DNA of 64,000 nucleotides from a virus: UHGV virus genome UHGV-0300374; one strand, 5' to 3'. Shown piece by piece: positions 38,634 to 47,421 of this stretch (position 1 is its first letter; each line of letters starts with the position of its first letter). The notes under the pieces were generated by a model. It saw only the letters and a program-made list of their open reading frames with translations, ran no database searches and was not told where the DNA came from. The position numbers and the translations under genes were made by a program.

Positions 38634-38724
38634 TTTTGAATCTCCAGTTTAGGACTTTATTTAGTGGGGAAGGTCATTCCCTCCCCGTTGATGCAAATAC
38701 TAGATAACCACGTTCAAAGAGTCA
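38634..38724 (-). promoter_or_regulatory. leader cassette, family B
   Basis: Minus strand: TTGACT-N17-TAGTAT, hairpin GGGGAGGGAATGACCTTCCCC, ...CTGGAGATTCAAAATG. Confidence 0.5.
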
Positions 38725-39153
38725 AGAAAAATTTTAAAAATATTTTTAGCAAAACTGTAATGAAACGGGCGCACACGACTACCACAAAACAGAACACAAA
38801 TCAAGAATTATTTTTCAATCCGCTACAAATTTTTCTCTTGACTTTTGGGGAGAGGGGGAGTAAGAGGGGGAGAGGGGTTGGTCTGGCTCTATATAAAAAC
38901 CTACCTGCACGATTCTAAAATGATTTTTCTTGCCCGACCTGAGCGGGGTCTGCACGTTTTGAAAATGAAAAAGCCCTTTGGAGATTACCTGCACAATTTG
39001 AAAATGAATTTTCTCTTTGGAGTTCAAAATTTTCTCTACAGATTTCTCTATAGAAATATACCTGCACAATTCTGAAATGAAAAAGCCCTCCTTACCTGAA
39101 AAATTTACCAGATAAGAAAGGCTTAACCTATTGTGAATATTCTACAGAGTTTC
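38725..39153. repeat. noncoding repeat region: G-run tract plus about four direct copies of a 22-nt motif
   Basis: GGGGagaGGGGGagtaagaGGGGGagaGGGG at 38847-38877; tacctgcacRattcNRaaatga at 38902, 38996, 39059 and a partial copy near 38950. Confidence 0.55.
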
Positions 39154-39939
39154 TTAGTTCTTTGCGTCTAAGAAGGTAACTTCTGGTGAAGAGAAGATTG
39201 CCTCGATATCCTCATCAGTTCTTGCATAGATATAAGCTTCTGCATCACTACCAAATGTTACAGCAATTCTGTGATTGCTCTTTGACAGGTGGGTAACTAG
39301 AGCGTTACTTAGAGACATCTTTTCAACCGGAGGGTTACTTTGATGTATCTTACCTTTTCTTCGTCTGAAGAGGGTAACTGCATTATCCGTGAACACTGCT
39401 ACACCTGCAAAGTATTCTGGTTCACAGTAGTTCTTCCAACCTGAGAGTAACTTGTGGTACATCTCTCCTTCATAGACATATAGATAAACATCTACACTCT
39501 TCATAACCTGATTGATGATAACTGTGACGGCTTGAGAGTCTAGTCCACCGATACCTGCACCAATCATAGGTAACCCAACTTTCTTCAACTGATTGACTTC
39601 ACAGTATCTGTTAAGTTGTTTCAAAGATGACTCTAAAGCACTGTATCGGGCATCTTTACCAGTCTTAAGCTGAGTGTAAAGGTTAGCTATACGGCCTTGT
39701 TCTAAACGTGCTACAGAGAAATTACCCAGTAAATTTTCACAGGGTTTGTGACCTATACCACCTGCATAGAGGTAAACTTCTGTATCGGTCTCATATGCTT
39801 TTGGGTAAAGTTTAGAAATCTTGTCAGCGATACCTGCACCCATTAAATTCATACAGTTGCAACCGTGACCAATAATATCAAACTTACCTTTATCAAATGC
39901 TGAGAAGATATCCCCATTGATGATTTTTACAATACCCAT
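39154..39939 (-). CDS. macro-domain protein (ADP-ribose binding/processing) with about 110-aa C-terminal extension
   Basis: N-terminal IINGDIF...DIIGHGCNCMNLMGAGIA and later GLPMIGAGIGGLD resemble macro-domain Gly-rich motifs. Confidence 0.5.
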   Translation of the reverse strand: MGIVKIINGDIFSAFDKGKFDIIGHGCNCMNLMGAGIADKISKLYPKAYETDTEVYLYAGGIGHKPCENLLGNFSVARLEQGRIANLYTQLKTGKDARYSALESSLKQLNRYCEVNQLKKVGLPMIGAGIGGLDSQAVTVIINQVMKSVDVYLYVYEGEMYHKLLSGWKNYCEPEYFAGVAVFTDNAVTLFRRRKGKIHQSNPPVEKMSLSNALVTHLSKSNHRIAVTFGSDAEAYIYARTDEDIEAIFSSPEVTFLDAKN

Positions 39940-40140
39940 TTAGCATCTCTCCCAAGATTCTTTATCTTCTGAAGGTTTTACACGTTGTCCTTCGTGGTCT
40001 ACCCAGATACATCCACAACCTTCACAGATTACTGGCATTGCATAGCCAGCTTTAAAGTCATCTTCAGTGATAAGACCTTTTAAGTCACCTGTATCACGTC
40101 CGAACATTTCGATAGAACAGTCTTTGCAGAAGTCAGCCAT
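39940..40140 (-). CDS. small zinc-ribbon protein
   Basis: Start at internal ATG 40140 (MADFCKDC...) to avoid upstream overlap; CxxC ... CEGCGC. Confidence 0.4.
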   Translation of the reverse strand: MADFCKDCSIEMFGRDTGDLKGLITEDDFKAGYAMPVICEGCGCIWVDHEGQRVKPSEDKESWERC

Positions 40141-40360
40141 GAATAATTGCCTCTTGAATGATGATACCTTTACCACAACGACTTTTAAAGTTTTCCAATG
40201 GTTCAGAGATGAAGCCACGTAAGCAGTCAGTGAATACTAAGTTCTTCCTGTAAGCTATCACATCATTTGCTGTAAATGGGATGACCTCATTTCGTCCAAT
40301 GAACACTGCTGACCTGATAAGTTTTCGTGTCTTTTTATCTCTGGCTAGTATTACTTTCAT
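40133..40360 (-). CDS. hypothetical protein
   Basis: ORF track, 75 aa. Confidence 0.35.
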   Translation of the reverse strand: MKVILARDKKTRKLIRSAVFIGRNEVIPFTANDVIAYRKNLVFTDCLRGFISEPLENFKSRCGKGIIIQEAIIHG

Positions 40361-40661
40361 AGTTTACCTTCTCGGTTAGCTCATATAAATCAACATGCTC
40401 AATACTATCAATGTTGATATCAATCTTTTTGAAACGCTCCTTCACTTCGTTGTCAGTCATCCATATCAGACACCAATGATTATGGATGGATTCTTCAAGA
40501 AGTTCAACACAATCTTTGAAAGTTTTTGTATCACTTCTCGTTCCAACTACTGCGATTGTTCCATATAGCCACTTACCATTGCCATAAGACACTTGTGCTA
40601 CGCCAACTTCTTTACCTTTCTCGTAGTAAACGGCTACAAAGTCTCTTCCATTAATCTGCAT
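40335..40661 (-). CDS. hypothetical protein
   Basis: ORF track, 108 aa. Confidence 0.4.
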   Translation of the reverse strand: MQINGRDFVAVYYEKGKEVGVAQVSYGNGKWLYGTIAVVGTRSDTKTFKDCVELLEESIHNHWCLIWMTDNEVKERFKKIDINIDSIEHVDLYELTEKVNYESNTSQR

Positions 40662-40663
40662 AG

Positions 40664-40933
40664 TTACTTCCTCGTTTTAAGAACTGCTAAGATTTCTTTA
40701 GAGTCTGGTAAGAACCATGTGTAGTGATTCTCTTTGATTTCTGGATGAGTGTCAACCTTTATTTTGCACTCTTTACCAACATGCTTAAGCTGTGCTGTGA
40801 CACCTTGCATAAAGATATGGCACATCACATTATCCATAATGGTTGGTAAGAAATCAATTCGCATATAAGTTTCTTTTGGTCGTGGCAACAGTAAGTAACC
40901 TTCTACATAGAAAGTGTCTTGATTCTCTGTCAT
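40664..40933 (-). CDS. hypothetical protein
   Basis: ORF track, 89 aa. Confidence 0.4.
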   Translation of the reverse strand: MTENQDTFYVEGYLLLPRPKETYMRIDFLPTIMDNVMCHIFMQGVTAQLKHVGKECKIKVDTHPEIKENHYTWFLPDSKEILAVLKTRK

Positions 40934-41199
40934 TGCTGCTTATTCCCTAATAAAATCATGTCAATAAGGTTGTTAGCTTTGATTGTGCACTGGTAAAAGC
41001 CGTCACGATAGAACTCAAGGGCTGCTGCTACATCACTGCCTGTGTTACCTTTGATGATATACCGTGATTCTTCTTGAGTGTACTTATCACTCTCACTTAC
41101 TTGGGAGTTTTTGAATGTACTGCTCACTTTGTTCGTTGAACACCCTGACATAGTTATCAGTAACACAAACATTATAAAACTCTGGCTTAGTTTTTTCAT
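40930..41199 (-). CDS. outer-membrane lipoprotein, o-spanin candidate (Rz1-like)
   Basis: Signal peptide plus lipobox FVLLITMSGC; overlaps in another frame the 3' end of the upstream type-II membrane protein. Confidence 0.5.
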   Translation of the reverse strand: MKKLSQSFIMFVLLITMSGCSTNKVSSTFKNSQVSESDKYTQEESRYIIKGNTGSDVAAALEFYRDGFYQCTIKANNLIDMILLGNKQQ

Positions 41200-41440
41200 A
41201 TGTTAGTACCTCTTTTGTATGCTTATTCTTAGCAAGCACATCTTTCAAATCATTTTTGTAATTGGTGCTCAGTGTGACTAACCCTTCCTGATAAGCATCT
41301 TTAGCAACACTTATGAGCTTTTGATTGTTTAGCTCAGTTTCAGCAACTTGATAGTCTCTGTAAGAGTATCCTCCCCAGACACCTGCACCAACTAAGAAAA
41401 CAATTATGAAAGTAGCTTGACAGAACTCTTTAAATGTCAT
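41093..41440 (-). CDS. i-spanin candidate (Rz-like type-II inner-membrane protein)
   Basis: N-terminal TM helix FIIVFLVGAGVWGGYSY followed by charged helical region; overlapping lipoprotein gene. Confidence 0.5.
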   Translation of the reverse strand: MTFKEFCQATFIIVFLVGAGVWGGYSYRDYQVAETELNNQKLISVAKDAYQEGLVTLSTNYKNDLKDVLAKNKHTKEVLTYEKTKPEFYNVCVTDNYVRVFNEQSEQYIQKLPSK

Positions 41441-41457
41441 TTAACAATCTCCTGAAA

Positions 41458-41480
41458 TGAAAAAGGCTCCCGAAGGAGCC
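41458..41480 (-). terminator. intrinsic terminator
   Basis: ggctcc-cgaa-ggagcc hairpin with U-run on minus strand. Confidence 0.55.
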
Positions 41481-41492
41481 TGTATCTTAACC

Positions 41493-41957
41493 TTAACCGA
41501 GGACTTTAGCAAGGACATTTGCAGCCATCGAAGAAGCTTTTGCAGCAGCAGCTACCCCAGCTTTGACAGTGCTATCCTTGATAGCAGATACCGTTGCAGC
41601 ATCAGTAAAGAGATAAGTAGTTGTTTTAGAACCACTTGTAAAGGAAAGCATAAGAGCAGTTTCCAGATTGAAAGAGCGATACGGAGCACCTTCTTTAACG
41701 ATACCTTCAGCACCTAATTCTGAAGCCATCCCCATATCATAGATAGTCATCAGGTTTTCTTTGTGTGCTGTGGTTGAGCCAGAACCCTTTACGTGTTTCT
41801 TAACATTCAAAAGAGCACGATACTCTCGGATGTTACCGTCTGCTTTTACGTTGACAGCACGGAAGATTTTACCCTCAAAGTTGCTCTTGATAATGTTACG
41901 AACTACTTCAGATTTGTTTGCCGTAACGTCAAGTGCTACCGTAATGATATTGTTCAT
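41493..41957 (-). CDS. hypothetical protein
   Basis: ORF track, 154 aa, followed by terminator. Confidence 0.45.
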   Translation of the reverse strand: MNNIITVALDVTANKSEVVRNIIKSNFEGKIFRAVNVKADGNIREYRALLNVKKHVKGSGSTTAHKENLMTIYDMGMASELGAEGIVKEGAPYRSFNLETALMLSFTSGSKTTTYLFTDAATVSAIKDSTVKAGVAAAAKASSMAANVLAKVLG

Positions 41958-41967
41958 AAGTTTTCTC

Positions 41968-42663
41968 TCAATGTTTAACTAACATGGTTTTGATGTGTGG
42001 AAGGATTCTGTTCACCTTCTGCACATTCTTCTCTGTGTCTTCTATAAAACATACTATATTAAAGTAAGGCAGAATGCAAGACTGAATCATCCTCACTTTC
42101 AAACTTTCTGCACTTATAGAGTTAGTCCCAAAACCACGCATAAAAAGCATGTAGTCATGCTCTGTGTTATGCCTTAAAAACATCTCAGTAGGTATTCTCT
42201 GAGATTCACCTCTCGCTGTCAAGAGTCCAACAGCAGCATGATTAGCAATTGCATCAATGATATTGAAAACATACGTTGGTTTTGCTCTTACAGAGTCAAG
42301 AAGATTAGTGTACTGCGAGAATGAACCGTCAGTCAATTCCGTTGAACAATCTTCGTGATTAAAATTTGTAAGAACACCATCAATATCTGCTAAGATGAGA
42401 TTCCCTTTTTCTACAAGGTCTTTATTGACTATGACTAAGCTATCACGACTTACACCTATAGTTTGTCCAGTCTCTTTATCTACAACATTCACAATTGGCT
42501 CTGATGTGTGAAACTCTTCTAGTGAACATACAACTTCTCTTGCAGTGTCTTCAAAATCCCTACACTGTTCTGGAGTCCATACACAGGAATCAAGACCTAA
42601 CTCATAAGGATGTAAGTCATAAGCGTGACACAGTACTTCATCAGACTTTTTTAATTTTTTCAT
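41968..42663 (-). CDS. HAD-superfamily hydrolase (phosphatase/nucleotidase candidate)
   Basis: Motif I LILADIDGVLTNF (DxDG) and downstream LTARGES segment; no P-loop. Confidence 0.45.
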   Translation of the reverse strand: MKKLKKSDEVLCHAYDLHPYELGLDSCVWTPEQCRDFEDTAREVVCSLEEFHTSEPIVNVVDKETGQTIGVSRDSLVIVNKDLVEKGNLILADIDGVLTNFNHEDCSTELTDGSFSQYTNLLDSVRAKPTYVFNIIDAIANHAAVGLLTARGESQRIPTEMFLRHNTEHDYMLFMRGFGTNSISAESLKVRMIQSCILPYFNIVCFIEDTEKNVQKVNRILPHIKTMLVKH

Positions 42664-43189
42664 GGTTTACCTTAGAAATGTTTGTTGCAAATTCACATTG
42701 AGCAATAACTTTCATGTTGTTATAGACATCTTGAGAATATTTCTTAGCTTTAGGGATTCTGTACGAATACCCAGCATTATATGATGCTAAAACTTTTTGT
42801 AAAGTCTTCTTTGACTTTGGCTGACCATGCACCTTTGTCCAAAACTCAAGCTCTTTGTGAGTTTCCTTCGCAGCATAATCAAAGTCTCTTAAGAGTTTCT
42901 TTTTAGCCACATTAGGGCTAATTTTGTTACGCTTTACAACAGTCTTCAAGTGATTCTGGAAAATACCATAATCATGTGTCTTTTTATTCTCTACCTTCAG
43001 ACCTAACTCTGACTCTTGTAAGGCTATAGCAGCTAGAGTGATACCCCAACCTTTACCCATGTTATTCTCACCATACTGGTAAGCTTTTAACATGTTTACT
43101 TTTTGGCTAATTGATAGCTCTGGGCAGTTAACTGCATAAGATAAGTGTGCTGTAAACATTAAGCACAAACCTAGAATCAATTTCTTCAT
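42641..43189 (-). CDS. secreted soluble lytic transglycosylase (SLT-domain) protein
   Basis: Signal peptide MKKLILGLCLMFTAHLSYA; SLT motifs QESELG, YGIFQ, ASYNAGY. Confidence 0.55.
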   Translation of the reverse strand: MKKLILGLCLMFTAHLSYAVNCPELSISQKVNMLKAYQYGENNMGKGWGITLAAIALQESELGLKVENKKTHDYGIFQNHLKTVVKRNKISPNVAKKKLLRDFDYAAKETHKELEFWTKVHGQPKSKKTLQKVLASYNAGYSYRIPKAKKYSQDVYNNMKVIAQCEFATNISKVNHEKIKKV

Positions 43190-43250
43190 TGGTTCTCCTG
43201 TTTAGTTTATCGTGACAACAATTATACAGTACTCTGCACAAAACACAAAT

Positions 43251-43274
43251 AAAAAAGGCCGCCGAAGCAGCCTT
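43251..43274 (-). terminator. terminator-like hairpin after rIIB
   Basis: Imperfect GC hairpin ggccgccgaagcagcc flanked by A-run on plus strand. Confidence 0.35.
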
Positions 43275-43289
43275 TTAAGAAATTACTTA

Positions 43290-44399
43290 TTAGATTTCAC
43301 GTTTACGTTGGGAGATAAGTTCTCCAGCAGTACCAACGATGACATGTAAAGCTTCAGTCTTGCCATCCCATGCTTTCAGCACTTTACGTTGATTATCAAC
43401 GATTGCTGCAACTTCATAACGAGACGAGCGCATCTTCATATCGTTGTAATCAGTTGGTACGGATACAACGTCTCGTGGATGGACACGAACCTTCAGAATT
43501 GTATCACCTGAGAAACAACGAACATAATCCCAAGCACCAACATGAAGACCTTGAGAGCAAGTCACGTTACGGTTATTATCAACCATCCAACGTGGCATTT
43601 CTACAATGTTACCCAAATCATTAGGTACTCTGTAGGTGTGGGAGTCAACCAGCTTGCCTTCACGAGTAGATACTTTCTTCCAACCAATGATGTAGCCTTC
43701 TTCATCAATTTCAACATCAAGGTGAGATACGAAGCCCCAAAGTTGTTCTACGGAATCTTTAGATGGGTTTTCCATCAGTTTTTCGAAGAACATCACAAGA
43801 CGTTCGAAACCTTTATCTCCAGTCTTCATCATGTGAAGAATACGGTCAACCAGAGTAGAACGCATCTCAACAGCACCGTAGAATAACTTGTCACCTTTGA
43901 TTGTGATAGCACCCTGAGTGAAGTTTTCGATAGACTTACGAATGTTCATCAGTTCAAAGGCTTTCTTGAACTCACCTTTCACAACATGAACTACAATCTC
44001 TTGATAGTTCGGATGAGTAGACTCAACAATTTCAGACTCTGAACCGTAAGTCATAATTACAGAGTCACCAGTAATCATGTACTCAATCTTGTCATCTTTC
44101 TGCATAGCTTCATGCAGTTTATTTACTGGAGCTTTCTGTACAGCATCTTTAACAACCTTTTCAACTGGTTTGCCAGCTTTCTTTTTAAAAGTCTTAGCAA
44201 CTTGCTTCAAAGTCTTCGTAGCTGGTGTAGAAGTCGCCTTCTTCTTCCCTTTTAAGGTTGCTTCATGACGCTCTACAGCACGACCAACTGAACGGGTTGA
44301 AGTATTGAACTTCTGTGCAATAGCTGTTTTAGTCAGCTTACCTTCTTTAACCAGTTTGTAAATTTCTGCGTCAATCTGTGCTTTAGTTTTAGTAGTCAT
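43290..44399 (-). CDS. rIIB: rIIB-like protein
   Basis: 369 aa immediately downstream of rIIA-like gene; call mainly by synteny. Confidence 0.45.
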   Translation of the reverse strand: MTTKTKAQIDAEIYKLVKEGKLTKTAIAQKFNTSTRSVGRAVERHEATLKGKKKATSTPATKTLKQVAKTFKKKAGKPVEKVVKDAVQKAPVNKLHEAMQKDDKIEYMITGDSVIMTYGSESEIVESTHPNYQEIVVHVVKGEFKKAFELMNIRKSIENFTQGAITIKGDKLFYGAVEMRSTLVDRILHMMKTGDKGFERLVMFFEKLMENPSKDSVEQLWGFVSHLDVEIDEEGYIIGWKKVSTREGKLVDSHTYRVPNDLGNIVEMPRWMVDNNRNVTCSQGLHVGAWDYVRCFSGDTILKVRVHPRDVVSVPTDYNDMKMRSSRYEVAAIVDNQRKVLKAWDGKTEALHVIVGTAGELISQRKREI

Positions 44400-44478
44400 C
44401 TTATTACTCTCTCTTGTTAGTTAATAAATCATTTTGTAAGGCTATTCTAAGGGGCTTCAAAGCCCCTTGTCAAACACT

Positions 44479-46845
44479 TTAATCGTAAATTGTAGTCCCT
44501 TCTGGAACACACTTCACATCAAAGCCTAAGAACTTACTCACTTCGATGGGTGACACTTTATTCCAATCTAAATGAGAAAGCAAGAAGTTTTCTTGTTTTC
44601 TTTTTGAAAGGTAGTTTGTCACCTTAATGACCATGCGGTCACCAGCTTTCTTAATTTTCTTGTACAGCTTTGTATCATTGTCAAGGCAGTCTTTCAAAGT
44701 TTGCAACCTACTAATAGTGTAAGTATATGCAAACGGTGCAGCAACGTATTGGATTTTACCAAACATTGCCTCTACAGCATCTTCATTACCTTCTAAGAAG
44801 ATAGTTTTGTTTGTATCCCGTGAATAACAATAGCCACGAGAAATCTTCCTGTTATTGAACGTAAAGTTTCTGGCAATAATCCAACTGCTTGTAAGGTCGA
44901 GGACACCATTCATATAGATACGTGTCATATACCTGTTATGATTAATCCAATGAACATCAGTTAAGCTGTCGTTCAAGAGTTTCTCATCTACTTCAATCCA
45001 GTCTTCTGGTATCTTTTTCCAATTTGCTTTTCGGAAAACATAGACTGTCTTACCTGTAACATTAGCAACTGACTTAGCTACATCTTCTGGAGATGAGCAA
45101 AAACATTCACCATCAACTGTGTCACCGACTGCCTTAATGTAAAGCTGAGGTTCTTCAATTGTGTCAAAGTCCTCTGAAACCTCTTTATAGGAAGCTACAC
45201 CTTCTGCTGGAACAGCTTTCCAGAGTTTTACAACACCTCTTACAGCTTCTTTACGCTGATAGTGATGTTCCTTATCAGACATCTTCACAATCTTTAACAA
45301 GCTTTTATCAAGTTTGTGTAGATTGATTAGGTCGTCTAACTCTTTTTCAGTCGAGAATACAAACACAATACCATTATATCTGTGAAACAGACTTGACTCA
45401 CTGGCGTAGTCTCGACATGCACCACGCAGAATCTGATTGCGGCCTACAGTCTTTTCAGTACCGTTTTTATTGCGACGGTCATTAATCACGAACAAAAACT
45501 GTTCAATTTGGCTTTTACGCATTGCACCAAAGATATTGAACATGCTCGCCTCTTGAGTGTAGGAAAGTGCTGTTGCACGAATCTTACTCTCTAAAGAGTT
45601 GAACTTAACATAAGCAACTGGATTGTATAGGTAGTCCACTTTAGGAATGTTGTTTCCTTTACTGTCAACCTTAATATTACCTTTGCCGTCACGTTCATAG
45701 ATGACTGAGCCGTCCTCTGCGTAGATAATTCCACGACGAATGTTTAGTAATTCTTCTTCCAGAGAATCAAGCTTAACACCTCCCCACTCTAGCTTTGGAC
45801 ACACAACATTAAACATCTCTCGTGAGTTCAAGCGTAACTCAGCATAAGCCTGTGCAGCATCCATGAGTGTAGGTTGACTATTAACTTTCTTGATAACATC
45901 CTTTGTAATTGCTTCAGTTATCTTTTTAGTAGCCTCGATGATAACATTTTTTGTCGTGTCATTCATCTGCAATGCTTCACGAGAAGCTGCAATAGCAACT
46001 GAACCAATAGGCATGTAGATGTTTACAAGGTCTATGCTCCTGCGGAAAAATTCTGGTAATACTTTGAAGAAATCATCACCAAGTAATGCCTCCATATTAA
46101 CTGGGTAGGCAATATTACCCATAACCACGTTAAACTCTGTTCTATTGCTGCTTGAACGCCAGCTATGCTTATGAGTCATGGCATCATAGACACCTTCTTC
46201 ACGAGCAATCACATCCATATCCGCTAATATATCATTATACTCCACATTACTCTCTGGTTTTACAGCAAAGTATGAGTATACATTACCAGCCTCTTCAAAG
46301 AACTTTGAAATACGGTGGTCAGCAACTGCCACACGTACAGCTAAACCATTAGGTTCTTTTGTTGGGTTAGTGGTCAGTTTAGTTACTTGAGGGATACCAT
46401 TCTCAAGATAAACAGAGTACTTATTAACAACACCGTCAACATAGCTAGACACTGTGAATGACTGAGCAATTGCAAATGGTGATTTTGAGCCGATACCCAT
46501 TGCACCAATGTAGTCATTAGAGTCATTCTTCGTAGAAGCCCCATAGTTTAGGTACAAACTCATAACTTTATCATGAGTTAATCCAGTTCCAAAATCACGA
46601 ACTTCAAAGTAAGGCTCAAAACGAGTAGGCAAATGCACATGGAACGGGATGTTCTCTTTTCCAGCCTCTTTCTGAGCATCTACTGCGTTACATGACAGTT
46701 CACGAATCACTGCCCTTTCTTTAAAGGTATATACACCAGAACTCAAAAGGCTGAACATTTCAGGTGTCATTGTAATCTGTGCTTGAGACGTCTCTAAAGA
46801 AGTTGAACTCTTAATCACTTCTGCGTGGTCGTTTACCATGCGCAT
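44479..46845 (-). CDS. rIIA: rIIA-like protein (GHKL ATPase-like N-terminal domain)
   Basis: 788 aa; N-box-like motif RELSCNAVDA and Gly-rich FGTGL / GIGSKS segments. Confidence 0.55.
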   Translation of the reverse strand: MRMVNDHAEVIKSSTSLETSQAQITMTPEMFSLLSSGVYTFKERAVIRELSCNAVDAQKEAGKENIPFHVHLPTRFEPYFEVRDFGTGLTHDKVMSLYLNYGASTKNDSNDYIGAMGIGSKSPFAIAQSFTVSSYVDGVVNKYSVYLENGIPQVTKLTTNPTKEPNGLAVRVAVADHRISKFFEEAGNVYSYFAVKPESNVEYNDILADMDVIAREEGVYDAMTHKHSWRSSSNRTEFNVVMGNIAYPVNMEALLGDDFFKVLPEFFRRSIDLVNIYMPIGSVAIAASREALQMNDTTKNVIIEATKKITEAITKDVIKKVNSQPTLMDAAQAYAELRLNSREMFNVVCPKLEWGGVKLDSLEEELLNIRRGIIYAEDGSVIYERDGKGNIKVDSKGNNIPKVDYLYNPVAYVKFNSLESKIRATALSYTQEASMFNIFGAMRKSQIEQFLFVINDRRNKNGTEKTVGRNQILRGACRDYASESSLFHRYNGIVFVFSTEKELDDLINLHKLDKSLLKIVKMSDKEHHYQRKEAVRGVVKLWKAVPAEGVASYKEVSEDFDTIEEPQLYIKAVGDTVDGECFCSSPEDVAKSVANVTGKTVYVFRKANWKKIPEDWIEVDEKLLNDSLTDVHWINHNRYMTRIYMNGVLDLTSSWIIARNFTFNNRKISRGYCYSRDTNKTIFLEGNEDAVEAMFGKIQYVAAPFAYTYTISRLQTLKDCLDNDTKLYKKIKKAGDRMVIKVTNYLSKRKQENFLLSHLDWNKVSPIEVSKFLGFDVKCVPEGTTIYD

Positions 46846-47031
46846 AATACTTTCCTCTCAGTTTACTGTTAAATTACTTATTAAACATTTTACCAGAACC
46901 ACCACACATAGGGCAACATCCTGCCCTTATGTACCCCTCTCCATTACAGTAGTCACATTTTTTGTGCTCTGCAAAGTACTTACAAAGGAGGTAAACAAAT
47001 ACTGCTACACTACCAAGTGACAGTAAAATTT

Positions 47032-47367
47032 CTATCCAATATGCTTGCATGACTCACCTCTCATATTCTTGTAAAGGATAAAGCTTCTGTCATGGACAAT
47101 ACTTGTAGACACTGCAAAGTTACTTTCAAGCATCTGTTTGTTTGGATTGTAGAAGCTTTCTTTAAACTCGTCAAGTGCAAATTGGTGGTTGTCTGGAAGA
47201 CCTTTTACACAAACCTTTATTGTGATTGCTGCTGCAACCTTACCAGTCAGTTCTTCTTTAGCTGCTACTAAAATTTTGTTAAGAAACTTTTTACCATCTT
47301 CAGGTTTCTTAATGTTTTCCCAACGTTCTTCTAGGACAATGTTAATGTTCATCTCTTTGATTTTCAT
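47032..47367 (-). CDS. hypothetical protein
   Basis: ORF track, 111 aa. Confidence 0.4.
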   Translation of the reverse strand: MKIKEMNINIVLEERWENIKKPEDGKKFLNKILVAAKEELTGKVAAAITIKVCVKGLPDNHQFALDEFKESFYNPNKQMLESNFAVSTSIVHDRSFILYKNMRGESCKHIG

Positions 47368-47383
47368 AGTCTTCTCCAGAAAT

Positions 47384-47406
47384 TAAAAAAGGCTCCCGTA
47401 GGAGCC
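47384..47406 (-). terminator. intrinsic terminator after nadV-like gene
   Basis: ggctccc-gta-ggagcc hairpin with U7 on minus strand. Confidence 0.55.
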
Positions 47407-47421
47407 TCTTATCATATACTT

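Noticed and set aside
32400-38700. Leader hairpins as intrinsic terminators
   Set aside because: On the transcribed (minus) strand the GC hairpins are followed by A-rich, not U-rich, sequence and precede an RBS; a 5'-leader or promoter role fits better
38664-39075. Three overlapping track ORFs in the repeat region (38664-38918 plus, 38815-39069 minus, 38845-39075 plus)
   Set aside because: Mutually overlapping in different frames and strands; their sequences are translations of DNA repeats and the G-run tract; treated as noncoding pending expression data
39940-40218. ORF-track start at 40218 for the zinc-ribbon gene
   Set aside because: Would overlap the upstream ORF by 86 nt; the internal ATG at 40140 gives a compact four-Cys protein without overlap
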